A DNA stretch of 64,000 nt from the human T2T-CHM13v2.0 reference genome, Homo sapiens, in assembly GCF_009914755.1 (NCBI RefSeq), contig NC_060926.1; one strand, given 5' to 3'. Of this stretch, positions 44,595 through 59,992 are shown piece by piece. The notes under the pieces were generated by a model. The model was not told the DNA's origin, did no database searches, and worked only from the letters and a program-made list of their open reading frames with translations. The translations under genes and the position numbers were made by a program. The first letter of the stretch is position 1. Each line of letters begins with the position of its first letter.

Positions 44595-45040
44595 GTTCTC
44601 TGATTTCATCTCTCACCACTCTCTTTCTTGTATTCTGCTCCAACAAAATTGAACTCCTTTTAGTTCCTAAAATATGCCTCTATCTCCTCCCACCAATCCC
44701 TTTTTCAGCTAACCACAACTTATCCTCCAGCTTTCAACTTAACACCACTTTCTCAGAGATACCTTCCATGATTTCTGGTTTAGAAATCAGAAATCTGTCC
44801 ACTATATGTTTTCAAATTTCCCTTTGTCTACTACGTGTTTTCAAAGCTCTCTGACCTTTTCTGTAATAACACCATGAGACTTCTGCTTTACTATTTATTT
44901 AATAACAGCTTTCTCTAGTAGACTGTAAGTGCTATGATAGTAGGGGCTGTACCTCTCCATTCGCCTTGAAAATTGCCTGGCTCTCAGTAAATCATTATTT
45001 CGGACACGGACAGATGGATGGATGAATGGATGGATGAATA
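44595..45040 (+). mobile_element. L2 3' fragment
   Basis: tagactgtaagtgctatgatagtagggg and atggatgaatggatggatgaat tail. Confidence 0.75.
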
Positions 45041-45526
45041 CATACCATTAAGTCGGTTATCACTTAGCTAAGAACCTATATGTAGTTATTTAAGGGTAAA
45101 GAAAAAAATGTTCCCAGAACTATGAGATAGTGTCAGCTTTAGGTTTAAACTACTTACAATTAATTAAATATAAATGAGGGTAACTGTCTTCAAATTAACT
45201 TAGGGAAAGGGAACGCTGTATAACAAAATGACTAGGGTATAAACACAGAGAGACATCATGAACGCAATGTAGATTTTTTTTGAACCTGTAAACTATCTGA
45301 GAGAAAAAATAATCTAAGTTTAAAAAAATGGTTGCCAAACATTTTAGAGGAAAATAAAATGAATGAATTTAAAAGAAGGTATATTAGTCTATTCTCAAAT
45401 TGCTACAAAGAACTACCTGAGACCGGGTCATTTATAAAGAAAAGAGGTTTAATTGACTCATAATTCCACAGAATGTACAGGAAGCATGACTCGGGAGGCC
45501 TCAGGAAAATTTCAATCATGGCGGAA

Positions 45527-46603
45527 TATTGGGGGAACCAGCCCCCAATATATCAATGTAGGTTCTTTTCTATTTTCCCTAAGTGTCGGCCGGTCTGAGA
45601 AATAAAGAGAAAGAGGACAAAGAGAGAAATTTTACAGCTGGGACTCTGGGGGTGACATCACATATTCGTAGGTTCCGTGATGCCCCTTGAGCCACAAAAC
45701 CAGCAAGTTTTTATTAGGGATTTCAAAAGGGGAGGGGGGTACGAACAGGGAGTAAGTCACAAAGATCACATGCTTCAAAGGGCAATAAAAGATCACAAGG
45801 GCAGAAGGGCAGAGCAAGATCACAAGGCCAGGGCAAAATTAGAATTACTGATGAGGTTCCATGTCCCGCTGGGCACACATTGTCTTGATAAACATCTTCA
45901 CAGGAAACAGGGTTTGAGAGCAGACAGCTGGTCTGACTGGAATTCACCATGCTGGAATTTACCAATCCTGGTAAGCCTGAGGATACTGCAGGAGACCAGG
46001 GTGTATTTCATCCCTTATCTTCAACCTCATAATACAGACACTCCCAGAGCGGCTGCCCATAGGCCTACCCCTGGGAATGCATTCCTTTCCCAGGGTTATT
46101 CCTTGCTGGGAAAAGAATTCAGTGATACTTCTCCTATTTGCTTTCTCCAAGAAAAAAAATATGACTCTCTTCTGCCCGGCTCTGCAGGCAGTCAGACCTT
46201 ATGGTTATCTCTCTTGTTCCCTGAAAATTGCTGTTATCCTGTTCTTTTTCAGGGTGCCTAGATTTCATATTGTTCAAACACACATGTTTTACAAACAATT
46301 TGTACAGATAACACAATCATCACAGGGTCCTGAGGCGACATACATCCCCAGTTTACGAGGATGATGGGATTAAGAGATTAAAGACAGGCATAGGAAATTA
46401 TAAGAGTATTGATTGGGGAAGTGATAAATGTCCATGAAATCTTCACAATTTATGTTCCGAGACTGCAGTAAAGACAGGCGTAAGAAATTATAAAAGTGTT
46501 AATTTGGGGAATGAATAAATGTCCATGAGATTTTCACAATTTATGTTCTTCTGCTGCAGTTTCAGCCAGTCCCTCCATTCGGGGTCCCTGACTTCCCACA
46601 ACA
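45527..46603 (-). mobile_element. MER11 (HERV-K11/HML-8) solo LTR
   Basis: Ends ggggtccctgacttcccacaaca (reverse of MER11 start); 6-bp TSD gcggaa / gtggaa. Confidence 0.9.
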
Positions 46604-46680
46604 GTGGAAGACGGTGGGGAAGCAGGCACATTTTACATGGCCAGAACAGGAGGAAGAGGGTGAAGAGGGAAGTGCTACAC

Positions 46681-48057
<1,377 letters not shown>

Positions 48058-48532
48058 GTGCTACCCACTTTCTAACAACCAGATCTTGTGAGAGCTAGCT
48101 CACTATCACAAGAACAGCAAGGGGAAAATCTGCAACCAGATCTTTCTAACAACCAGACTTGTGAGAGCTCACTCATGATCACAAGAACAGCAAGGAGGAA
48201 AATCTGCCCCCATGATTCAATCACCTCCCACTACATCCCTCCTCCAACACTGGAGATTATAATTCAACATGAGATTTGGGCAGGGACACAAATCCAAACC
48301 TTATCAGAAGGATATCTGCACTTGTCCAGCACTCTTCAAAGGAGAGCGTGTAGAGAGAAGACTTGTGTTCTGATCATACCTTATCAAGGAACAGAAATGG
48401 TTTATAAGCCTTTGCAGCTTACATGAATTATCCTTTAATATAGCCACTTTTATTTTACTGTACTAAACGATATTTTGATTACTAAGTTTATTTCCTTCCC
48501 CAAACCCACAGCACCAGAAATAGTATGTCCTA

Positions 48533-48734
48533 ACACAAATGCATAAGAATGATATAATGGACTTTGAGGATTCAGTTGGGGAAAGGTTGGGAGGGGGCTG
48601 TGGGATGAAAGACTACATATTGTGTACAGTGTATAATGCTCGGGTGATGGGTACACTAAAATTTTAGAAACCACCACTAAAGAACTTATCTATGTAGTCA
48701 AAAACCACCTGTATCTAAAAAACTATTGAAAAAA
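48533..48734 (+). mobile_element. L1PB-type 3' end
   Basis: gcataagaatgatataatggacttt...caccactaaagaacttatc...aactattgaaaaaa. Confidence 0.88.
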
Positions 48735-49359
48735 GAAGTCTTTGTTTATGCACATATTAGCATTGTCAATTAAAACCTACAAATCACAATAAATAAAACA
48801 ATATGCTTAACATATTAAAAAAAGTCCTGAAAAGAGGACCTGGATTAATCATTAAAAAGCATATTTACTATTGTATTTTAATCAATAGCAACTGTAATGT
48901 ATGCATCAATTTCTTATGATTTTAGACAGCATGAATCAGTTCCCAAAATTTGACCAACTCTAGGTATATTCACCAAATTTTGTTTCTGGCCTGTGAAACT
49001 TACACCCAAGTCCAAATCTTGCTTTCCAGTAAGCATAATCTTACCTGAAAGATGAACAAGCCTATCTCTCTGAGTTTGGTTAAGTAACCAAACATCTATT
49101 GAATATATTTTCCAGTTAGTATGCTGGGTACAGGAAGCAACACAGATTTTTTAAAAAGACATGGTTCTTTCCTTTGAGAAGTTTGCATTTCAATCTAGTT
49201 GAGAACACAGTAAAATAAACAGATTATTTTAATTTAATCTAATAGGTAATGAGAAAGAGGTATAACCTGAACTCTTAGAGTCCAGAGAAGAACCTAACCA
49301 GGAAGCTTAAGAAAGGCTCCCTAAAGAACAGAACAGCTGAGTTAACTCTAAGATGACCC

Positions 49360-49765
49360 ATGTGTTGAAATTATTCCAAAAAGACTTTAAAGAAACTATA
49401 ATAAGTGCACAATGTGGTAAAGAAAAACATGCTTGTAATGATCAAAAACATAAGATATCTCATCAAAGAGCTATAAAACATAAAAAATATAAATGAAAAA
49501 TTTAGAGATGAAAACTATAATATCTGAAATTTTGAAATGCAGTAAACAGACTTAAGTATATATTGGAAATAATGAAGAGTTAACTTGAATGCACATTAGT
49601 AGATAACTGACCTGAAGAACAACAACAAAAAAATTATTTTAATGAATAGAACCCAAGAATCTATGGGACAACTTCAAGGGCTTGACATAAAGGTCACTGG
49701 AATCTTAAAAAACAGAGAGAGAGAAAATGGAGCAGAAAAATAATAAAGCCCAAACTTTCCAACAG
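49360..49765 (+). mobile_element. Old L1 ORF1 relic
   Basis: tttagagatgaaaactataatatctgaaat, aatgaatagaacccaagaatctatgggacaac. Confidence 0.65.
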
Positions 49766-50709
49766 CTTGGACAAAGTGTTTCTGTGTGATATGTCACCCA
49801 AAATCTTTATTAGAAAAAGTAGATAAAAGTCTTATAGCACAGTGAGTGACATTAGGAAGAATGTAGCAGTGAGAGGAAAGCCTCATTGTCTTACTATGTT
49901 AATGGCCAAGGGCTTTTCCCCCTCAAAAACTGTAGGGATATTCACATTTGTCTCTCACTTTTATGTTAATGAAAAATCTTGTATAGGAAGATAGTAGAGA
50001 TAAGATAGCCAGAGACCTAAGTTTTATATTGTTTTAGCTGGTATGTTCATTTGTGCTGTAACAGAAATTCTATTTAGCTGTTTAAGCAGAAAATGTAGTT
50101 CTACCATTTCCTTTTTATTTTTTATATCACAAGATAATAAAACGAGAGCTATTTTAAAAGACCAAAGATTTATTTTAAAATATCTTATTTATTGCACAAG
50201 ATCAAGTTAGTTGTTTACAGAATAAAATGCTATGGAAGATAGTGGGTGAGAAAAAATAACGTTTTAACAAATGTCTAGTACACACTATATATACTATATT
50301 TGCTCATCTTTAGTGATGAAATAATTGAAATAAATGCAAACACTAAACCTATATTGAAAAAAGTCAAATTGTCAAAACTTTCACTAGTTCAGTAACTTCA
50401 TTGTATTCATCAATTATTAAGTTGGAGGTTATTGAACTCCAAAAAGGATTGTGTTACTATTTATATAATCTCAGATCAATATTTACTTCTTTTCATTGTC
50501 ATTTAAAGGTTTTTTATATTCACTCTCAAATATTCTTCACAAGATCACCATATGCTTTCAATTTGTCAAACTGTTACTCATATTTCAAAGAGAGACAAAC
50601 TGAAGTATAATTAAGTCAAAGAGATTGCCCCTAACCAAAAAGTAAATAGTAAATACACAAATAGCAAAGATGAATTAGAAGACAAATCTTAAAGTGATTA
50701 AATTCATCT

Positions 50710-50833
50710 TGGTGCAGTCTCATGCCTACAATCACAGCTACTTGGGAGGTTGAGGCAGAAGGATCACTGTAGCCCAGGAGTTCAAGGCCAGCCTGGGCGA
50801 CATAGCAAAACCCTATCTCAAAAAAAAAAAAAA
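50710..50833 (+). mobile_element. FLAM monomer
   Basis: Single Alu arm with poly-A; aaagtgatt flanks. Confidence 0.85.
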
Positions 50834-51069
50834 GTTAAAAAAAAGTGATTGAATATAACCAGAATATTTATAGAGCTACGCAATGATAAACTAAAATTAC
50901 TTTGTTAAAAATGTGGATTAAACATGGACTTTTGAAAAATAGGAGGAGAAATATTTTATATATTTAGTCAGAGGCATTTTATGACGCATTTTATTTACTA
51001 AACACACCTCATACTTTGGAGCTCACATAAGACAAAACACAAATTTTTGAATCCATATAACCATTTTTA

Positions 51070-51713
51070 AATTTTTATTTTATTTTTTATTTTATTTTAT
51101 TTTTTTGAGATGGAGTCTCACTCTGCCGCACAGGCTGGAGTGCAGTGGCGCGATCTCGGCCCACTGCAAGCTGCAATCTGCCTCCTGGGTTCACGCCATT
51201 CTCCTGCCTTGGACTTGGGTGTAAGTTTCACAGGCCAGAAACAAAATTTGGTGAACATACCTAGAGTTGGTCAAATTTTGGGAACTGATTCATGCTATCT
51301 AAAATCATAAGAAATTGATGCATACATTACAGCTGCTATTGATTAAAATACAATAGTAAATACGCTTTTTAATGATTAATCCAGGTCCTCTTTCCAGGAC
51401 TTTTTTTTTGTATGTTAAGCATATTGTTTTATTTATTGTGATTTGTAAGTTTTAATTGACAATGCTAATATGTGCATAAATGAAGACTTCTTTTTTCAAT
51501 AGTTTTTTAGATACAGGTGGTTTTTAGGTACAGGCTCCCGAGTAGCTGGGACTATAGGCGCCCACCACCACGCCCAGCTAATTTTTTGTATTTTTAGTAG
51601 AGACAGGGTTTCACCATGTTAGCCAGGATGGTTTCAATCTCCTGACCTTGTGATCCACCCGCCTCAGCCTCCTAAAGTGCTGGAATTACAGGTGTGAGCC
51701 ACTGTGCCCGGTC
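51070..51713 (-). mobile_element. AluY interrupted by a templated insertion (51209-51532)
   Basis: Alu reads ctcctgcct | insert | caggctcccgagtagctggg. Confidence 0.95.
51209..51532 (-). repeat. Inverted copy of 48693-49015
   Basis: Reverse-complement alignment, about 14 differences in ~323 bp by manual count. Confidence 0.97.
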
Positions 51714-52069
51714 CTTTCTTCAATTTTAATAGTGATTTAAGGTTGTATATAAACTTTGACCCATAAAATAATAACAGATTCACTTATTTAATGGCATTAA
51801 CCATATTCAAAGAGGGTCTGTACAGCAATGTAAAAGCTCTGGAAAATAACAACCTTAATGGTTACATTACCTTTTAAGATTTGGATGACTTTTCTGAAAG
51901 GGTACCCAAATTAGTTCTCAATTCTTTTAATAATTATCAATAAGTAAACAAATACTTAAAATCTGATGGAATTCTTACTCATATTTCACTATCCTCTTAA
52001 GATTTCAAGAGGCCTACTGATGCTCAGCAATGGTTTCAATAAAAGATAAGGAAAAGTAGAAATTTGATC

Positions 52070-52925
52070 ATATCAGTCCATGTCCAATTAGCATCTAGAA
52101 ATCACACAGTATTTTGAATAGGGAAAATTTAATATCAAGAATTATCAACAGAAGATCAGAGTAATAAAAAATTGGCTAGGAAGAGTTAAAGAGAAGTATA
52201 AGCATTAGAGGAATAGTAGGAAGAGGAGATGGCCACTACACTACAGCTGAGATAGAGTGCCCAAGGAAGAGTCAACCATGACACTTCTGCCCAACCAGAC
52301 TAAGATTGAGACTTCCTTGGAAAGGGCACAGCTAGACCTCTCTTGAAGATGGATAAATGGCTGAGGAGCCCTGCTGGTGGAACCTGCTGAAAATCTGCCC
52401 TCTGCAGATTTTCCTCTGCAGGGGAATCTATCCTCAGGAAGGTACTGCCCCTCAGAACTTTCTGTGAAAGTCACGTAAGAAATGCCAAGAGAGGTCATTC
52501 AAAGGGAGGTACCTCATCAGCAATACTCTGTCATGAAGGCACTGAAAGAGGTACTGGGGAAAGCTGCTGGCCACTGGTTCCTGTTGCAGGAACCAAGATC
52601 TGTAGAAGCAGTGCTTTGCATGGCATATATGCTGGAGAACCCAGAGAAACTGGTGGGCCGGACCCTAGCACTAGAGAAACTACACTCTGTAGGAGCCAAA
52701 TGATGGATAAAGCTGCATGCTGCAGGAAGCTGATCTAAAGGAACAATAGAACCAAGAAGAAATACACCCCTTTCTCCTCCAGTGTCCCCCTGGCCTTTTC
52801 AATAGGCAAGACTATCATTCTAGCTGGCAAAAGAGAAATATTTATAAAGTCTACTTCCATTATCACATAGCAGGCAAAGAAGGGTAGATTTGGGACACAG
52901 AGACAATAAATTGAAACCTGGTATA
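52070..52925 (-). mobile_element. Ancient LTR (LTR78/79-like; family uncertain)
   Basis: gaaatcacacagtattttgaatagggaaaatttaata start and gagacaataaattgaaacctggtata end; a similar terminus occurs at ~44070-44114. Confidence 0.5.
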
Positions 52926-52943
52926 TTTGTTTTCCTAACCTAA

Positions 52944-53642
<699 letters not shown>

Positions 53643-56119
53643 TCATAAAGTACTTTTTTTTTTTCCAGAGATTTTCTTTCTCCTTTTTGCTTAGTTAGGA
53701 CTTTGCCGATTAATGTTCTTGCAGAAGGCTAAGCCACCTAGTGTGCATTGCCATGACAGAGTTCAGCCTCCATATTTGCATGGCTATAGGCCTTCCCATT
53801 AGGTTTATTTGCTGGCCTTGCTCCAGGCTTTGCCAAATATTGAGTGCTCGGTAACCACTAATTGTATCGTTCGTTATTAGGTACAAGGTATTTTCACATT
53901 GAAACAACACTATTATTTTTCCAAAAGTAAGCTAGAGACACAGCTAATGTGACAAAGCTAATAAGAGTAAGAGTTGAAATTCCAACCAAAGTTGTGTATT
54001 TTAAAATTAGTACTTTTTGTAAGACCCTTGTTAGCTCTCAAATTAGTATGATACCTAATAAAGAAGTCAAAAAGTCAAAATATTTGCAAAATAGGGTATT
54101 TTAGAAAATGCAAAGTAAATTACAATTTCCTCTAAGTACTCAAGTACAGGAAGGTTAGCCCAAGGTTATGATCAACCTTTTTCCAATTTTGGTTTGGATA
54201 AAAAGCAAGAAAATTGGGACAAGAGTTTTAGCAGTGGTTTTAGCTACTCACGAGGAAGATGGATCTGATTTTCACTTCAGGTTGAATTCAGTAGTTGGAC
54301 TGAAAATTTGAATTCACAGAAAGTGGTAAGTTACCATAACCTATTTTGGCTGATGTAGACCTATACACTGAAATAATTTGTGTGTGTGTATGTCACTTTT
54401 TTTTCAAGTGAATTGGCCTGATGAACAATATTAAGAGGTGCAATTTCATTTTATTGCTGTAATCATTTAAAAGACAACGTTAGAGAAAGGACATGAAAAT
54501 ATCAGACAAAGGTGCTTTTAGGTTATTTTTCAGTAATATGTTAAAGAAACATTTATAAAGAAAGAAAATTTAATTGCAGTTTACCGGTGAATGGATAAAT
54601 GTATTAACAATCTTGATAATTTAAATGACAAAAGAAAATAAATGTGAGTGTTGGTAATCATCATTAAAAGTATACTATATTTACTAAGCATTAGCATGAC
54701 TGGCATGTCTACCATGTAGTAACTGATCTAATTCATCATCTCATTTTGACTTGATACTCAGGTTATAACATCTGTAAGTATTCACGCTCAGCAGAAGATG
54801 CACAGCCAGATTTGCAGAGTGATGTCATAGTTCACCCTTTATGGCCTTTCAGCTTTGTTCAATCAGCATTTATCCCTGGAGCTCAAATCATCATCACATA
54901 AGGCTATATTCCATCAGTGCTCCCATAATCCCGGGGCAAGGGAGCCCCTGTTAAAACCGGAAACAAATGCTTCGTGTGTTTGAGCTAATGAGGTACCAAC
55001 TTTTACCCTATGACAATTGACATTCATAATGTACCTATCTGACTGACCTGAGCACATTTTAGAGAAAACCAGGGTAAACTGGATTCTTAATAGCACATTT
55101 AACAGAAGTCAGTCAATGGAGGTTAACATAATTCTCAGTATGCAGTTTTAAATTGTAAACAGTTTTAGAGTGACCATTTCCATAACAGACAGGACTGATG
55201 TGCCACACAATGGGCTTTTGGCCTTCCTAGCAGATGGGACTCCTTTGGTTTTGGTCCTGAAGACAGCATTAGTTGAAAGTGCATTCAGTTCAGAATAGAA
55301 TGGCATTTTTTTTTTTTTTTTTTTGGTGGAAAAGCTGGCTTATTGTTTGATTCAGACAAAGAATCCTTTATCTGTTGAGTGACTTGTCATCTTATGTAGA
55401 TGTAAGCTATGTAAAGAATGACTTTTCATTAAAGCAAGTTTAGCATATTTGCAATTGTCTTTGGTCAGATGGGAAAGTTTTGGGCTGAAATAGTGGAATT
55501 ATATCCTGTGGTTTATGCAATCCACAAGTTGATTCTATGTGGGAAAGGAAAAATAATAAGAAGAAAAGAGTTTTGTTTTTTGTTTTCTGTTGTTTTTTTT
55601 TCCCCTTGGCTCCGCAGAATAACTGTGCCAAGCAGCAATTTTAGAACACATTGAGGAAAATCCACTACTTGTACAGGTGGCAAAATTCACCAAGTTATAT
55701 AGGGACAAATTCCTGAATTTGGCTCACTCTACATTTTAAAAAATTATTATTTTCTTGCCAAGATTCTGCCATTTTCCTGTGGACTAAGAGGTATCAGTCC
55801 TCATTAAACTCTCCAATGCTGCTTCTGACATCTTTCCCTGAATCTACTGCTTGCAAATAAACTTTATAGTGTCCCTGCATGCTCCAAATCATCTTGTATA
55901 CAGCATTCTTGTTGCTTCCTTTTTCACTGCCAACAATATGGTGTCCTCTGCAGGCCAAGAACTTCTACAATTGAACAAATCAACTGGAGAAGGTCTGACA
56001 AATGGTGGCACAGCCCTGTGGACAAGAACTATTTTTCCCAAGCACAACCCTAACCATTGAGAATCCTTCAAAATTCTCAGTATTTCCTGTCCTATGTGTG
56101 CTCTTTCACCATTGGTATC

Positions 56120-56497
56120 TGATATGGTTTGGCTGTGTCCCCACTCAAATCTCATCTTGAATTGTAGTTCCCGTAATCCCCATGTGTCATGGGAGGGACC
56201 AGGTGGAGATAATTAAATCATGGGGGTGATTTCCCCCATCCTATTCTCATGATAGTGAGTTAGTTCTCATGAGATCTGATGGTTTTATAAGGGGCTTCCT
56301 CCTTTGCTGAGCACTTAGTTTTCTCTCTCTTGCTGCCATGTGAAGAAGGAAGTGTTTGCTTCCCCTTCTGCCATGATTGTAAGTTTCCTGAGGCCTCTCC
56401 AGCCATTTGGTACTGTGAGTCAATTAAACCTCCTTCCTTTATAAATTACCCAGTCTCAGGTATATCCTTATTAGCAGTGTGAGAATGAACAAATACA
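56120..56497 (+). mobile_element. THE1 (D-like) MaLR solo LTR
   Basis: tgatatggtttggctgtgtcccc...aaataca; TSD gtatc 56115-56119 / 56498-56502. Confidence 0.93.
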
Positions 56498-57300
56498 GTA
56501 TCACTGGAGAATTGGGGAAGCCATTAAGAAACCCATTCCAATTTGAATGAATCAAACCATTTTGCACTATTCTACCCTGCCAAATAGCCCCACTAAGTGC
56601 CATAGGAAGGTGGAAAGAGCTCAACAGAGCAGTCTTGAAACATATATCTCCTAGAAGGGGCCAAAGACCCAGAGATAACCTCGTTTCTGCCCAGGGACCT
56701 CAAGCACCTCCATCCTCTCAAGCAGCTCAACCTACATCTCAAGCTGTAGGTAATGTGCTACATGCCTCCATCAGGAGCTACACATTTCACATTGACACAA
56801 TTTTGAACATCAGAACACCAGAAGTCATGGGGCAGGGTAAAAAAAAATTACGGTAGAGAAATTATGATAGAGAAATATGGCCTGTCCTGGTGGGATTTCT
56901 CCATGATTTCTGTATTGCTACAGAACAACTAGAATATTTCACACTTTACATAACGAACTTTGTTTTCTTTTACATTTTCTATTTGATGTCATTTCAGTTC
57001 CCCTTTTCCCCCTTTCCTGATGTTTAATGCTATGCTTTGAACTTATGTTATGAGACACATTATAAAGTAAGGATCATGTATTATGGAATAATCTTTCTCT
57101 TTGTGTCTCTCTCTGCCTCAGAACTAAGCCACCCATGGGCCAGATTGATGTCTCTTTCTAGGAATAGAAAGAGGACCTGCAGCAGACAAGTTCTAGACTT
57201 TTCCTTCTGCTCCTCTTAATAGTTACCTATAACGATGTCCTGTTCTCACGTTGTAATCACCAGCTCGGTGTATCAACTCATTTGCTAAAACATATTCTCA

Positions 57301-57658
<358 letters not shown>

Positions 57659-57976
57659 CTATCTCCATCAAAGAAATCCCTCACAAAAGTTTCTCTTTGA
57701 AGTGGATGTCAGTGTCCATTATGATAGATGGATACTGGAGACAGTTGTAGTTCAGGCATTTTCTTAGAACTCTGGATTAAATAATGTAAGAATCTACTAA
57801 TCCCTGTTCTGATGCATATCTGTCATAAAATTCTTTTATCTCCATGGCAAGAATATTTACTTCCTGAGTTAATTCACCAAAATACAATTAAAACACAATT
57901 CACTAATCATCAGGCATAGCCTTTTAATTAGATCAGACTGAATTACTGTAGGAATGTTAAATTGTTTCTTCTAGTT

Positions 57977-58160
57977 CAATGGTTCTCAAGTTTAGTGTGC
58001 ATCAGAATCACCTGGAAAGCTTATTAAAACACAGATTGCTGGGTCCTATTCCTAGAGATTTTAATTCAGTAGGTCTGGGGTGGGTCCCTATAATTTACAA
58101 TTCTAACAAGTTCCCAGGTAATGATGCTGCTGGCCCTAGGTCCATAGTTTGAGAACAACT
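57977..58160. mobile_element. MER5A hAT-Charlie element
   Basis: caatggttctcaa...ttgagaacaactg TIRs; gcatcagaatcacctgg, ttcagtaggtctggggtggg. Confidence 0.9.
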
Positions 58161-58747
58161 GGTTGACTACATAAGCAAAAAGGGTTAAGAGTGAAGAATT
58201 TAGTGGTATTATACTTGGTATTTTCAAATTCCAATATCAACCATGATAAGCTTTGCATAGCTTAGTAACTTACTAACATAAACCACATATTACATTTAAG
58301 TTTGTATTGTTAACTGAAATTAGATTATTTTTGTTTGGATAATCTTAACTCTGTGTACACAAGTTCACAGGAAAATCACTGGATACTTCTTCATATTGTT
58401 CTTTAAGGTACCCTCTATAAGGTGATTAATTTATTTTCAAATTTCTCCTTGTGTTCTATTTGAATTTGCCAACATAAGCTCTTTTTTTTTCTTTATAAAG
58501 AATTCTGGTTACATGGGTGATTGTGAAATCATTTGGAAATGATGCCCTGTTTTCATCCTAGCTGTCAGCTATAATACTCTTAAGATAACACAGGCCCCTA
58601 AAAGGGAAAGAGACTGAGGGCAATTGGGCAATCAGTTACTCATCTTTGCACACCCCATCCCCACTCTGAAATTGTACACCACAGACAATTGTACACCACG
58701 GTTATTTTAATTATCACTTGAATTCCTTCTTGATGTTTTAAACATAA

Positions 58748-58988
58748 TTTTTTTTTTTGAGACAAGGTCTTGAGACAAAGTCTTGCCCTGTTGCCCAGGC
58801 TGGAGTGCAGTGGTGCAATCATGACTCAACTGAAGCCTCAATCTTCTGAGCACAAGTGATCCTCCCAAGCTCACGCAATCCTCACTTCAGCCTCCTGAGT
58901 AGTGAGGACTACAGGCACAGTGTACCACATGTCCAGCTAGTTTTAAAAAATTTTTGTAGTGATGGGGTCTTGCTATGTTGCCCTGGCT
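58748..58988 (-). mobile_element. Partial AluJ with small internal duplications
   Basis: gagacaaggtctt-gagacaaagtctt repeat; ends at gctatgttgccctggct. Confidence 0.85.
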
Positions 58989-59659
58989 ATTTACATACTT
59001 TTTAATTCCAGTAATCATAATATTATACCTCATAAACATGATCCTCAGAACTCATGAGGTTCCTCCCTCCCTCCACCAAAGGAAAGTAGAATTAGGGAGG
59101 CCAAATGCTTTAACCTTTGGAGACAGCAGTTTCTTGCAAATATTTCTACTAGAAGGCTTTTCACTCTGTCATAAAATGGATGAAGGAGAAATTCCATTCT
59201 GTTTCTCACTACTAATATTAGCACTTCTCTACAATGTCATTGATCAAATAAAATGCCAAGTTGAGATCACGTTATAACTTTCAAAACAACAGCACTGCAA
59301 AACTCATATAATTGTGTTGGATAAACAGGTAATGTTATTACATGTCATGTAGTAAGAAACTACTATTTTCTGCCTTTGTGCAGGTGAGTGCTTAAAATAT
59401 GCAGCACCCATGTTAATCAATCTTAATTTTGAGAATATTTAAAAATAGACATTTCATTCCAGAAAACTTGGAAAATATAAAAAAGCACAGGGAGTAAAAA
59501 TAAAAATCATCTGTAAACTCTACACTCAGAGATAAGTATGCACTTTATACAAGGAAGTTAAAACAAAAAAAGGACCAGAAGAGAATATTTCACTGAAAAC
59601 AGTTGTTGAGTTCAGATTACTACCCTGTTAGGGAAAAGGAAAAGAAGTATTTCCCTTCT

Positions 59660-59992
59660 TTTTCTTTTTTTCTTTTTTCTTTCTTTCTTTTTTTTTTTTT
59701 TTTTTTTTTGAGAAGGAGTCTCGCTCCATTGCCCAGGCTGAAGTACAGAGGCATAATCTGGGCTCACTGCGGCCTCCGCCTCCCGGGTTCAAGCTATTCT
59801 TCCACCTTAGCCTCCTGAATAGCTAGGATTACAGGCGCCTGCCACCACGCCCAGCTAATTTTTTGTATTTTTGGTAGAGATAGCGTTTCACTATGTTGGC
59901 CAGGCTGGTCTCGAACTCCTGACCTCAGGTGATCCTCCTGCCTCCATCTCCAAAAGTGCTGGGATTACAGGCACAAGACACCGTGCCCAGCC
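59660..59992 (-). mobile_element. AluS (Sx-like)
   Basis: TSD gaagta(t/c)ttcccttct 59644-59659 / 59994-60009. Confidence 0.95.

Noticed and set aside
45677-46261. Longest ORF (194 aa)
   Set aside because: Lies entirely within the MER11 LTR, antisense to it; no recognisable domain.
46378-46548. ~90-bp tandem repeat in MER11
   Set aside because: As I recall, internal tandem repeats are a normal feature of MER11 consensus sequences, so not locus-specific.
50710-50833. 7SL-like sequence
   Set aside because: FLAM retrocopy with poly-A, not an RNA gene.
58670-58699. Short direct repeats (aattgtacaccac x2; also ~44795-44845 and ~19063-19108)
   Set aside because: Too short to distinguish from ordinary slippage.
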